From Phyllobates terribilis (taxonomy: Eukaryota): a DNA stretch of 64,000 nt. The notes below the pieces were generated by a model that saw only the letters and a program-made list of their open reading frames with translations, was not told the DNA's origin and ran no database searches. The stretch is from the NCBI RefSeq assembly GCF_046119375.1, contig NW_027362767.1:39494001-39558000 (forward strand), in the 5' to 3' direction. The translations under genes and the position numbers were made by a program. Each line of letters opens with the position of its first letter. Position 1 is the first letter of the stretch. Positions 22,607 to 36,387 of this stretch are shown here, piece by piece.

Positions 22607-25600
22607 TCACTTAATTTCCATAAGTGCCGCCACCGTGTCCAGCTGCGGGTGAGCGGGGGGCTCGTATATTACACCAGCCTCGCCCACGGCGGCTACTTCC
22701 GACTCGTGAACAAACACCAATTCCTGTCCATGGTGGAAGCCAAAAACTTGTGTGCACGAGGCGCTGGCAATGATGTCTGAGGAGATGAAAGCGTCAACTC
22801 CTTGGAAGCTTTCGCTGCATGTCTTTTCAGTAATGGTTGGTGGAGAAGCATTAGAAGGAAGGGCAAAGTCAGCCGGAAGACAAGAGAGCGGAGGGACAAG
22901 GCTGCCTGGTAAAACCTCATCGGGCCGTGTGTCGTCCTGCGTAATGTGACTGCAAAATTCATCACCTGGACTTTCCTCTGAACGATCCGTAGAGTTCTGT
23001 ACGGAGTCACCCGATTCTCCACCGAGCAGAGGCGGAGCGGCCTCCATCATGTCCTGGTCTATACCACATGGAATAGACCCTGGATCGGTAATCACAGCCA
23101 GCTCCTTAGCTTCTTCCTCCATCACAATTGTGACTGACGGTTCACAGACTTGTACGGTACAATTTATTGTAACATCTGAACGTGTGTCGTTTCCACAAAG
23201 TAACTCATCAGCCATGAGATCTGCACGATATAAAACATGTTACACAAGTAAAGTACAGTTATCCTAGAAAATATAACTACAATACTGCCCCCTATGTACA
23301 ACAATATAACTGCTAGAATACTGCCCCCTATGTACAAGAATATAACTACTATAATGCTGCTCCCTATGTACAACAATATAACTACTATAATACTGCCCCC
23401 TATGTACAAGAATATAACTACTATAATACTGCTCCTATATACAAGAATATAACTATAATACTGCTCTCTATGTACAAGAATATAACTGCTATAATACTGC
23501 CCCTATATACAAGAATATAACTACTATAATACTGCTCCTATGTACAAGAATATAACTACTATAATACTGCCCCTATGTAAAAGAATATAACTGCTATAAT
23601 ACTGCCCCTATGTACAATAATATAACTGCTATAATACTGCCCCTATATACTAGAATATAACTACTATAATACTGCCCCTATATACAAGAATATAACTACT
23701 ATAATACTGTCCCCTATGTACAAGAATATAACTACTATAATACTGTCCCCTATGTACAAGAATATAACTACTATAATACTGCCCCTAAATACAAGAATAT
23801 AACTATTATAATACTGCCCCCTATGTACAATAATATAACTACTATAATACTGCCCCCTATGTACAAGAATATAACTACTATAATACTGCCCCCTATGTAC
23901 AATAATATAACTACTATAATACTGCCCCCTATGTACAATAATATAACTACTATAATACTGCTTCTATGTACAAGAATATAACTACTATAATACTGCTCCT
24001 ATGTACAAGAATATAACTACTATAATACTGCTCCTATGTACAAGAATATAACTACTATAATACTGCTCCTATGTACAAGAATATAACTGCTATAATACTG
24101 CCCCCTATGTACAAGAATATAACTGCTATAATGCTGCTCCCTATGTACAAGAATATAACTACTATAATACTGCTCCTGTGTACAAGAATATAACTACTAT
24201 AATACTGTCCCCTATGTACAAGACTATAACTACTATAATACTGCCCCCTATGTACAAGACTATAACTACTATAATACTGCCCCCTATGTACAAGAATATA
24301 ACTACTATAATACTGCTCCTATATACAAGAATATAACTACTATAATACTGCTCCTATGTACAAGAATATAACTACTATAATACTGCCCCTATATACAAGA
24401 ATATAACTACTATAATACTGCTCCTAAATACAAGAATATAACTATTATAATACTGCCCCCTATGTACAAGAATATAACTACTATAATACTGCCCCTATAT
24501 ACAAGAATATAACTACTATAATACTGCTCCTATGTACAAGAATATAACTACTATAATACTGCCCCTATGTAAAAGAATATAACTGCTATAATACTGCTCC
24601 TATGTACACGAATATAACTACTATAATACTGCCCCTATGTACAAGAATATAACTACTATAATACTGCCCCTATATACCAGAATATAACTACTATAATACT
24701 GCCCCTATATACAAGAATATAACTACTATAATACTGCCCCTATGTACAAGAATATAACTACTATAATACTGCTCCTATGTACAAGAATATAACTACTATA
24801 ATACTGCTCCTATGTACAAGAATATAACTACTATAATACTGTTCCTATGTACAAGAATATAACTACTATAATACTGCTCCTGTGTACAAGAATATAACTA
24901 CTATAATACTGCCCCTATATACAAGAATATAACTACTATAATACTGCCCCCTATGTACAAGAATATAACTACTATAATACTGCCCCCTATGTACAAGAAT
25001 ATAACTACTATAATACTGCCCCTATGTACAAGAATATAACTACTATAATACTGCTCCCTATGTACAAGAATATAACTACTATAATACTGCTCCTATGTAC
25101 AAGAATATAACTACTATAATACTGCTCCTGTGTACAAGAATATAACTACTATAATACTGCCCCTATATACAGGAATATAACTACTATAATACTGCTCCTA
25201 TGTACAAGAATATAACTACTATAATACTGCCCCCTGTGTACCAGAATATAACTACTATAATACTGCCCCTATGTACAAGAATATAACTACTATAATACTG
25301 CTCCTATGTATAAGAATATAACTACTATAATACTGCCCCTATGTACAAGAATATAACTACTATAATACTGCCCCTATGTACAAGAATATAACTACTATAA
25401 TTCTGCTCCTATGTACAAGAATATAACTACTATAATACTGCCCCTATGTACAAGAATATAACTACTATAATTCTGCTCCTATGTATAAGAATATAACTAC
25501 TATAATACTGCTCCCTGTGTACAAGAATATAACTACTATAATACTGCCCCTATGTACAAGAATATAACTACTATAATACTGCTCCTATGTACAAGAATAT

Positions 25601-28600
25601 AACTACTATAATACTGCTCCTATGTACAAGAATATAACTACTATAATACTGCCCCCTATGTACAAGAATATAACTACTATAATACTGCCCCTATGTACAA
25701 GAATATAACTACTATAATACTGCTCCTATGTACAAGAATATAACTACTATAATACTGCTCCTATGTACAAGAATATAACTACTATAATACTGCTCCTATG
25801 TACAAGAATATAACTACTATAATACTGCTCCTATGTACAAGAATATAACTACTATAATACTGCTCCTATGTACAAGAATATAACTACTATAATACTGCTC
25901 CTATGTACAAGAATATAACTACTATAATACTGCCCCTATGTACAAGAATATAACTACTATAATACTGCTCCTATGTACAAGAATATAACTACTATAATAC
26001 TGCTCCTATGTACAAGAATATAACTACTATAATACTGCTCCTATGTACAAGAATATAACTACTATAATACTGCTCCTATGTACAAGAATATAACTACTAT
26101 AATACTGCTCCTATGTACAAGAATATAACTACTATAATACTGCTCCTATGTACAAGAATATAACTACTATAATACTGCCCCTATGTACAAGAATATAACT
26201 ACTATAATACTGCTCCTATGTACAAGAATATAACTACTATAATACTGCTCCTATGTACAAGAATATAACTACTATAATACTGCTCCTATGTACAAGAATA
26301 TAACTACTATAATACTGCTCCTGTGTACAAGAATATAACTACTATAATACTGCCCCTATATACAGGAATATAACTACTATAATACTGCTCCTATGTACAA
26401 GAATATAACTACTATAATACTGCCCCCTGTGTACAAGAATATAACTACTATAATACTGCCCCCTATGTACAAGAATATAACTACTATAATACTGCCCCCT
26501 ATGTACAAGAATATAACTACTATAATACTGCCCCTATGTACAAGAATATAACTACTATAATACTGCTCCTATGTATAAGAATATAACTACTATAATACTG
26601 CTCCTATGTATAAGAATATAACTACTATAATACTGCCCATGTACAAGAATATAACTACTATAATACTGCCCCTATGTACAAGAATATAACTACTATAATA
26701 CTGCTCCTATGTATAAGAATATAACTACTATAATACTGCCCCTATGTACAAGAATATAACTACTATAATACTGCCCCCTGTGTACAAGAATATAACTACT
26801 ATAATACTGCTCCTATGTACAAGAATATAACTACTATAATACTGCTCCTATGTATAAGAATATAACTACTATAATACTGCTCCTATGTACAGGAATATAA
26901 CTACTATAATACTGCTCCTATGTACAAGAATATAACTACTATAATACTGCCCCCTGTGTACAAGAATATAACTACTATAATACTGCCCCTATGTACAAGA
27001 ATATAACTACTATAATACTGCTCCTATGTATAAGAATATAACTACTATAATACTGCCCCTATGTACAAGAATATAACTACTATAATACTACCCCTATGTA
27101 CAAGAATATAGCTACTATAATACTGCCCCTATGTACAAGAATATAACTACTATAATACTGCCCCTATGTACAAGAATATAACTACTATAATTCTGCTCCT
27201 ATGTATAAGAATATAACTACTATAATACTGCTCCCTGTGTACAAGAATATAACTACTATAATACTGCCCCTATGTACAAGAATATAACTACTATAATTCT
27301 GCTCCTATGTACAAGAATATAACTACTATAATACTGCCCCTATGTACAAGAATATAACTACTATAATTCTGCTCCTATGTATAAGAATATAACTACTATA
27401 ATACTGCTCCCTGTGTACAAGAATATAACTACTATAATACTGCCCCTATGTACAAGAATATAACTACTATAATACTGCTCCTATGTACAAGAATATAACT
27501 ACTATAATACTGCCCCCTATGTACAAGAATATAACTACTATAATACTGCCCCTATGTACAAGAATATAACTACTATAATACTGCTCCTATGTACAAGAAT
27601 ATAACTACTATAATACTGCTCCTATGTACAAGAATATAACTACTATAATACTGCTCCTATGTACAACAATATAACTACTATAATACTGCTCCTATGTACA
27701 AGAATATAACTACTATAATACTGCTCCTGTGTACAAGAATATAACTACTATAATACTGCCCCTATATACAGGAATATAACTACTATAACTACTATAATAC
27801 TGCCCCCTGTGTACAAGAATATAACTACTATAATACTGCCCCCTATGTACAAGAATATAACTACTATAATACTGCCCCCTGTGTACAAGAATATAACAAC
27901 TATAATACTGCCCCCTATGTACAAGAATATAACTACTATAATACTGCCCCTATGTACAAGAATATAACTACTATAATACTGCTCCTATGTATAAGAATAT
28001 AACTACTATAATACTGCCCCTATGTACAAGAATATAACTACTATAATACTGCCCCCTATGTACAAGAATATAACTACTATAATACTGCCCCCTATGTACA
28101 AGAATATAACTACTATAATACTGCCCCTATGTACAAGAATATAACTACTATAATTCTGCTCCTATGTATAAGGATATAACTACTATAATACTGCCCCCTA
28201 TGTACAAGAATATAACTACTATAATACTGCCCCTATGTACAAGAATATAACTACTATAATACTGCTCCTATGTACAAGAATATAACTACTATAATACTGC
28301 TCCTATGTACAAGAATATAACTACTATAATACTGCTCCTATGTACAAGAATATAACTACTATAATACTGCTCCTATGTACAAGAATATAACTACTATAAT
28401 ACTGCTCCTATGTACAAGAATATAACTACTATAATACTGCTCCTATGTACAAGAATATAACTACTATAATACTGCTCCTATGTACAAGAATATAACTACT
28501 ATAATACTGCTCCTATGTATAAGAATATAACTACTATAATACTGCCCCTATGTACAAGAATATAACTACTATAATACTGCCCCCTATGTACAAGAATATA

Positions 28601-31600
28601 ACTACTATAATACTGCCCCCTATGTACAAGAATATAACTACTATAATACTGCCCCTATGTACAAGAATATAACTACTATAATTCTGCTCCTATGTATAAG
28701 GATATAACTACTATAATACTGCCCCCTATGTACAAGAATATAACTACTATAATACTGCCCCTATGTACAAGAATATAACTACTATAATACTGCTCCTATG
28801 TATAAGAATATAACTACTATAATACTGCCCCTATGTACAAGAATATAACTACTATAATACTGCCCCCTATGTACAAGAATATAACTACTATAATACTGCC
28901 CCCTATGTACAAGAATATAACTACTATAATACTGCCCCCTATGTACAAGAATATAACTACTATAATACTGCCCCCTATGTATAAGAATATAACTACTATA
29001 ATACTGCTCCTGTGTACAAGAATATAACTACTATAATACTGCCCCTATATACAGGAATATAACTACTATAACTACTATAATACTGCCCCCTGTGTACAAG
29101 AATATAACTACTATAATACTGCCCCCTATGTACAAGAATATAACTACTATAATACTGCCCCCTGTGTACAAGAATATAACAACTATAATACTGCCCCCTA
29201 TGTACAAGAATATAACTACTATAATACTGCCCCTATGTACAAGAATATAACTACTATAATACTGCTCCTATGTATAAGAATATAACTACTATAATACTGC
29301 CCCTATGTACAAGAATATAACTACTATAATACTGCCCCCTATGTACAAGAATATAACTACTATAATACTGCCCCCTATGTACAAGAATATAACTACTATA
29401 ATACTGCCCCTATGTACAAGAATATAACTACTATAATTCTGCTCCTATGTATAAGGATATAACTACTATAATACTGCCCCCTATGTACAAGAATATAACT
29501 ACTATAATACTGCCCCTATGTACAAGAATATAACTACTATAATACTGCTCCTATGTATAAGAATATAACTACTATAATACTGCCCCTATGTACAAGAATA
29601 TAACTACTATAATACTGCCCCCTATGTACAAGAATATAACTACTATAATACTGCCCCCTATGTACAAGAATATAACTACTATAATACTGCCCCTATGTAC
29701 AAGAATATAACTACTATAATACTGCTCCTATGTATAAGAATATAACTACTATAATACTGCTCCTATGTATAAGAATATAACTACTATAATACTGCCCATG
29801 TACAAGAATATAACTACTATAATACTGCCCCCTGTGTACAAGAATATAACTACTATAATACTGCTCCTATGTACAAGAATATAACTACTATAATACTGCT
29901 CCTATGTATAAGAATATAACTACTATAATACTGCTCCTATGTACAGGAATATAACTACTATAATACTGCTCCTATGTACAAGAATATAACTACTATAATA
30001 CTGCCCCCTGTGTACAAGAATATAACTACTATAATACTGCCCCTATGTACAAGAATATAACTACTATAATACTGCTCCTATGTATAAGAATATAACTACT
30101 ATAATACTGCCCCTATGTACAAGAATATAACTACTATAATACTACCCCTATGTACAAGAATATAGCTACTATAATACTGCCCCTATGTACAAGAATATAA
30201 CTACTATAATACTGCCCCTATGTACAAGAATATAACTACTATAATTCTGCTCCTATGTATAAGAATATAACTACTATAATACTGCTCCCTGTGTACAAGA
30301 ATATAACTACTATAATACTGCCCCTATGTACAAGAATATAACTACTATAATTCTGCTCCTATGTACAAGAATATAACTACTATAATACTGCCCCTATGTA
30401 CAAGAATATAACTACTATAATTCTGCTCCTATGTATAAGAATATAACTACTATAATACTGCTCCCTGTGTACAAGAATATAACTACTATAATACTGCCCC
30501 TATGTACAAGAATATAACTACTATAATACTGCTCCTATGTACAAGAATATAACTACTATAATACTGCTCCTATGTACAAGAATATAACTACTATAATACT
30601 GCCCCCTATGTACAAGAATATAACTACTATAATACTGCCCCTATGTACAAGAATATAACTACTATAATACTGCTCCTATGTACAAGAATATAACTACTAT
30701 AATACTGCTCCTATGTACAAGAATATAACTACTATAATACTGCTCCTATGTACAAGAATATAACTACTATAATACTGCTCCTATGTACAAGAATATAACT
30801 ACTATAATACTGCTCCTGTGTACAAGAATATAACTACTATAATACTGCCCCTATATACAGGAATATAACTACTATAACTACTATAATACTGCCCCCTGTG
30901 TACAAGAATATAACTACTATAATACTGCCCCCTGTGTACAAGAATATAACAACTATAATACTGCCCCCTATGTACAAGAATATAACTACTATAATACTGC
31001 CCCTATGTACAAGAATATAACTACTATAATACTGCTCCTATGTATAAGAATATAACTACTATAATACTGCCCCTATGTACAAGAATATAACTACTATAAT
31101 ACTGCCCCCTATGTACAAGAATATAACTACTATAATACTGCCCCCTATGTACAAGAATATAACTACTATAATACTGCCCCTATGTACAAGAATATAACTA
31201 CTATAATTCTGCTCCTATGTATAAGGATATAACTACTATAATACTGCCCCCTATGTACAAGAATATAACTACTATAATACTGCCCCTATGTACAAGAATA
31301 TAACTACTATAATACTGCTCCTATGTATAAGAATATAACTACTATAATACTGCCCCTATGTACAAGAATATAACTACTATAATACTGCCCCCTATGTACA
31401 AGAATATAACTACTATAATACTGCCCCCTATGTACAAGAATATAACTACTATAATACTGCCCCCTATGTATAAGAATATAACTACTATAATACTGCTCCT
31501 ATGTACAAGAATGTAAAGAGTAACTTACCCGGCGTCTGTTCTTCGTGGATGAACAACGTGTTCACTGTGGATATTTCTGTGGTCGGACTCTCACTTTCTG

Positions 31601-34600
31601 TTTCGTCCAGTTTTGATCTTTTGGATGGCGGCATCTTCTCTTCTATTGAACACTACCACAGAGCATATTATAATTAATATTCATCGACCAATAATATTTA
31701 AATCAGATCATTATTTGGGGAGAGACCTCTTACCTCATTATTCTCCTCTTGTGACTGTATTCTCTGTTCTTCTGATGTTTCTTCTGGGAGAGGAGAAACT
31801 TCTACAATCTGTTCTGCAGAAATGCCCAAAGATGCTGCCACCTAGTGGACATAAAACACATCACATGAAGAGCAGAGAGTTATCCCTTCATTAGCCAAAT
31901 TGCATGAAAAAATGTAGGGCTCCCATGTGTTACACTCAGGGCAAATCTACAGGATGGGTCATAAATCTCTTGATAGAGGATCGTCCCACCACATATACAT
32001 GATAGGCGACAGCCCCTTTAACTCACCTTACTATCAGTAACTTCAAGAATCTTTCCCGCCCCATTACTGAAATACTCTTCAGCCAACATTCGGACCATGG
32101 AGTGCAATTTCTCCAATTCTTTGTATAGGTGCGGAAACAAAGGCTCGTCTGGATGTTCCCGTTTGACCTTTAAAAAAAAAAAGCACACAGTAAAAAGCAC
32201 AAACAGTAATATAAGATAAAGGCACATACAAAACAAAAAAAGTCTAAAGAATCAGTGCACCAACCTTCACAAGCGAGTAATCACAGACAGAGAGGCGCTC
32301 GGAAAGACACGGTGCAACGTGCTCCCTTATGTCTGCATCGTCACACTGCTGAATGAGCTGCAAAAGATGGAGAGAAAGAGTATATAGTGTACGTACACAG
32401 GGCCGGCACCAGCAGAATAGCGAGTGCAGCTCTGGAGTATAATACAGGATGTAACTCCGGATCAGTAATGTAATGTATGTACACAGTGACTGCACCAGCA
32501 GAATAGCGAGTGCAGCTCTGGGGTATAATACAGGATGTAACTCAGGATCAGTAATGTAATGTATGTACACAGTGACTGCACCAGCAGAATAGTGAGTGCA
32601 GCTCTGGAGTATAATACAGGATGTAACTCAGGATCAGTAATGTAATGTATGTACACAGGGCCGGCACCAGCAGAATAGTGAGTGCAGCTCTGAAGTATAA
32701 TACAGGATTTAACTCAGGATCTGTACAGGATAAGTAATGTAATGTATGTACACAGGGCCTGCACCAGCAGAATAGCGAGTGAAGCTCTGGGGTATAATAC
32801 AGGATGTAACTCAGGATCAGTAATGTAATGTATGTACACAGGGCCGGCACCAGCAGAATAGCGAGTGCAGCTCTGGGGTATAATACAGGATGTAACTCAG
32901 GATCAGTAATGTAATGTATGTACACAGTGACTGCACCAGCAGAATAGTGAGTGCAGCTCTGGAGTATAATACAGGATGTAACTCAGGATCAGTAATGTAA
33001 TGTATGTACACAGGGCCGGCACCAGCAGAATAGCGAGTGCAGCTCTGGGGTATAATACAGGATGTAACTCAGGATCAGTAATGTAATGTATGTACACAGT
33101 GACTGCACCGGTAGAATAGTGAGTGCAGCTCTGGAGTATAAAACAGGATGTACAGGATGTAACTCAGGATCAGTAATGTATGTACACAGTGACTGCACCA
33201 GCAGAATAGTGAGTGCAGCTCTGGAGTATAATACAGGAGGTAACTCAGGATCAGTACAGGATAAGTAATGTAATGTATGTACACAGTGACTGTACCAGCA
33301 GAATAGTGAGTGCAGCTCTGGAGTATAATGCAGGATGTAAGTTATTAGCCTGTAAAGAGCCCAGTTCTCGGCTTCCTCACACAGACTTACGATTCATATG
33401 ATGGATATACATATTGTACTCACTTCTTTTGCTGTCAGTGCGTTCTGCTCAGAGGAGGCAATGGCCAATGCTTTCCGGGGGCGTCCGAATCTCCTGGCTG
33501 TTTTCTGCCGCCGTCCCTGACACGTGGTTGATACTGAAGCAAACTCAAGTCCATCATTATCTAAAGTTAGAAGTCTGGAGTGATCGGGGTTCAGGGGGTC
33601 CTCTAACAGCCTCTTCTTGGGTCTCGGTATTGGTTTCTGAAACACAAATCACATTATATAAAGACAATGATACCATGCCATTAATAAACTAAGGTCCAAC
33701 CCTTAGGGACGCAGCGCCCCGGCTCAGTGAGGAGCAGCCTCCTTCTGTGCACACAGCGCCAGTCTCTGACCGATCAGAACCCTCACCTTTGGTTGACCAG
33801 GCAGCGAATTCCCACCAACACCAGATTCTCCGTTTTTCTTGGCCTCGATAACTACTGCCGGCTCCATCTGCCCGTGACCGGGGTACAGCCTGTAGTGTCG
33901 GGACAGTCCTCCTTTACCCATATAGGACTTCTCACACGTCTGACACTGGAACAGGGCGTTTTTCACTGTGTTCGGCAGCACTTCGCTCGGTGCTTTCTCC
34001 TTCGCGCCTTTCTCCTCTTCGTCCGTGCTCAGCTCCGAATAGTCTTCTGAATCTGAGGGGCTGTCTTGAATCATGTCACCCACTTTAAGGAACTTGTAGT
34101 CCTTGGCTTTGTGTTTGGGGGGCCGAGATATACGTCCGGAGCGGGTCTTAATCTTTATGGCCTTCTTGCGTTTATGGCCTTTGTTCTGCGCGTGGTCGGT
34201 CAACGTGCGAGCGCCGTTCTGCGAGTGCATGACTAAGGATTCCCCGGTGTTCCTATTAAGGTCGAGGGTCCTCGGTTTTGCAGTGGACAGCTGAGCCGAG
34301 CGAACGAGGATTTGGATCGGAGACTCCAGAGCGGACGCGTTTACCACCAATGGCTGCCCCGAATCGCTCAGAGACTTGATCTGCACGACCTGTGTGCCGA
34401 GGAGACAGGGACCGGCGTTCTTCACATGGACGCCGCTCAGGTTAAGCACCACCGGATCCGCGCTTTTCTTCGCCTGGAGACCGGGGACGGGATTGAGCTG
34501 CAGCGAAAATAAAATTATTATTCACACATAATGCTAAGACTTCCCACAGCTGAGGATTCGTTACAATGTGCCACATCAATCCTCCAGCTAAGCATCCTTC

Positions 34601-35966
34601 TCTTCTTGTGTTTGCTGCATTGTATCAGTCCAGATATAACCAAGGGGCCCGAGTCCTCACAGGGGATTAGGAAAACTGGATACAATTGTAACAAACCCTC
34701 AGCCATGAGAAGCAACAAGGGGCTGGTATACGGTTACATTTGCGTCTTTTTTCAGGAGCAAAAACGATTCTAAAAGTGACTTTATTTGTGTTAACTTTAC
34801 AGGTGTTTTTTTGGTCATCCAGAAGTTTCTTCCTAGCTCATCATTTTCGACTTTTTGGGAACTAATGTTATTTTTTGAGTGCAAAATCTAATTTTTATTT
34901 TTTGATTATCGTGCAACTCTTTACTCTAAAGTAGCAAAAAAAATAATCTGAATTTTTGCCAATTCATGAAATCCTGTATAATAGTTTAAAAAATAATGTG
35001 GAGCAAAAAATGAAAATAAAAAGGCTAATAAATATTTATATGTACATATATGCAGAAACTGTTAATGGGGAGCAGCATTTTTTTTTTTGCTTTCTTTTTA
35101 TTCGCTTTCTGATTGATCCAGCGACGCGTTTCATCCCCCTAAGCCCTGTGCGCGCTATCAACACGTTTTTTCCCGCAGAGGAGACTCATTGGGAGGATTT
35201 CGTGCATTTTTGTACATTGAATTTGCTTTGAAATCCACGTATTTTAATAAAATTTGCATTCATTTTGCAAAAAAAACAAACAGAAAATAAGCGGCGTTAT
35301 GCCCAGACGAGTTACCTTAGTTTCCGGGATCCTGGATGCGAGGGTCCCCTCTTGTAGGACCACAGGGTGGGCTACTGTCTGCAGCTGCGGGACCGGAGTG
35401 GGCCCCCCGATTGTTGGCAAGAGGCCTTGATGCGTCGCCATGTTTGGGGCACCCGAGGGCGTTGTAGCGGTCTCCCGGCCTCTGTCTGCAGCCTCCATAG
35501 TGAGGTTTAATGCACTTTCCATGGCCATATCCTCCTCATCGCCATTTGCCACCCCGGGGGCTCCAACCAGAACCATCCCGGGGTGCGCGGCCTCCATGAT
35601 GGCGGTTTCCATGACTGCGGCCTCCATGATGCCAGTTTCCATGACTGCAGTCTCCATAACTGCGGCCTCCATGACACGACCTCCAGCCTCCAGCCTGACC
35701 TCAGGGTGGGCAACCTCCAGCACACGGCCCCCATTTAGTAGCCTCCCCCCGGGCACCAGGCTCCCGTCCGGCTGCACGTAGTAGACGGTGTCACTATGAG
35801 AGATGCTCTGCAGGATTTCCGGGCTCAGGGCGTCCCCTCCGCCTCCCTCATGTACGAACACCACCTGTCCGGGGTCACCGTGCTCCTCTACCACCACCTG
35901 CACGTACTCCTGCACCGCGGCGCTCACCACCTCCGCCATGTTTCCGGGGCAACCCAGCGCCGCCAT
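22607..35966 (-). CDS. ZNF839: ZNF839-like zinc finger protein, 8 coding exons, about 884 aa
   Basis: Exons 35316-35966, 33787-34497 (KTRSGRISRPPKHKAKDYKF; C2H2 finger CQTCEKSYMGKGGLSRHYRLYPGH), 33424-33636, 32265-32357, 32027-32167 (LFPHLYKELEKLHSMV), 31734-31841, 31529-31652 and 22607-23220. They sum to 2655 nt in frame with canonical splice sites. Position next to CINP matches the human locus as I recall it. Confidence 0.9.
23266..31510. repeat. About 8.2-kb array of a 32-33-bp satellite (about 250 copies) filling ZNF839 intron 7
   Basis: Unit CTATGTACAAGAATATAACTACTATAATACTGC(T/C)C(C), directly visible. Confidence 0.97.
32390..33340. repeat. 86-bp tandem repeat (about 11 copies) in ZNF839 intron 3
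   Basis: Unit GCAGAATAG(T/C)GAGTGCAGCTCTGGAGTATAATACAGGATGTAACTCAGGATCAGTAATGTAATGTATGTACACAGTGACTGCACCA; ORF-track starts recur every 86 bp. Confidence 0.93.
35583..35672 (-). repeat. Coding 15-bp tandem repeat (6 copies) in ZNF839 exon 1
   Basis: Encodes MEAAV-METAV-METGI-MEAAV-METAI-MEAAH. Confidence 0.85.
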
Positions 35967-36313
35967 TTTGTTGGAGTTTTTGTCGCCGATATATAAAACT
36001 TCGTCTGTCGTTTTTCAATCAGTGTCAGTGTCCAGGACGCAGCTCCAAATGAGGAGGAAGCAGTCACGGGGTTTTCCTTTTAGTTTTTTTTTTTCTTCCG
36101 ATCACGGAAGGTCAAAATAGGAAGTGCTGTACGGTGGCCGACGTGATTCAAAATTCAGAGCGCGTTTTTAGTTTACTGAGTTCGGATGAGTGACAGCTTT
36201 ACGGTCATGAATTTGCTACAAAGTTAGTAATGGAAAAATGGTAAATCTATAAATCACAGACACTGATTAGTGGAATAATAAAAGTTTATTAAAAATAAAA
36301 AATGAAAAGCTAA

Positions 36314-36387
36314 TGGCCCGTACGGGGATCGAACCCGCGACCTTGGCGTTATTAGCACCACGCTCTAACCAACTGAGCTAACCGGCC
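36314..36387 (-). tRNA. TRI-AAT: tRNA-Ile (anticodon AAT)
   Basis: Reverse complement is GGCCGGTTAGCTCAGTTGGTTAGAGCGTGGTGCTAATAACGCCAAGGTCGCGGGTTCGATCCCCGTACGGGCCA (74 nt). It has an intact cloverleaf, A and B boxes, and a TTTT Pol III terminator a few nt downstream. Confidence 0.98.

Noticed and set aside
23266-31510. CRISPR-like array of ~32-bp repeats
   Set aside because: Units are contiguous with no unique spacers, there are no cas genes, and the context is a vertebrate intron.
35115-35170. Minus-strand GAAACGCGTC resembling a hammerhead stem III (also GAAACGTGT near 36819)
   Set aside because: No CUGANGA-type core or stem II at the required position.
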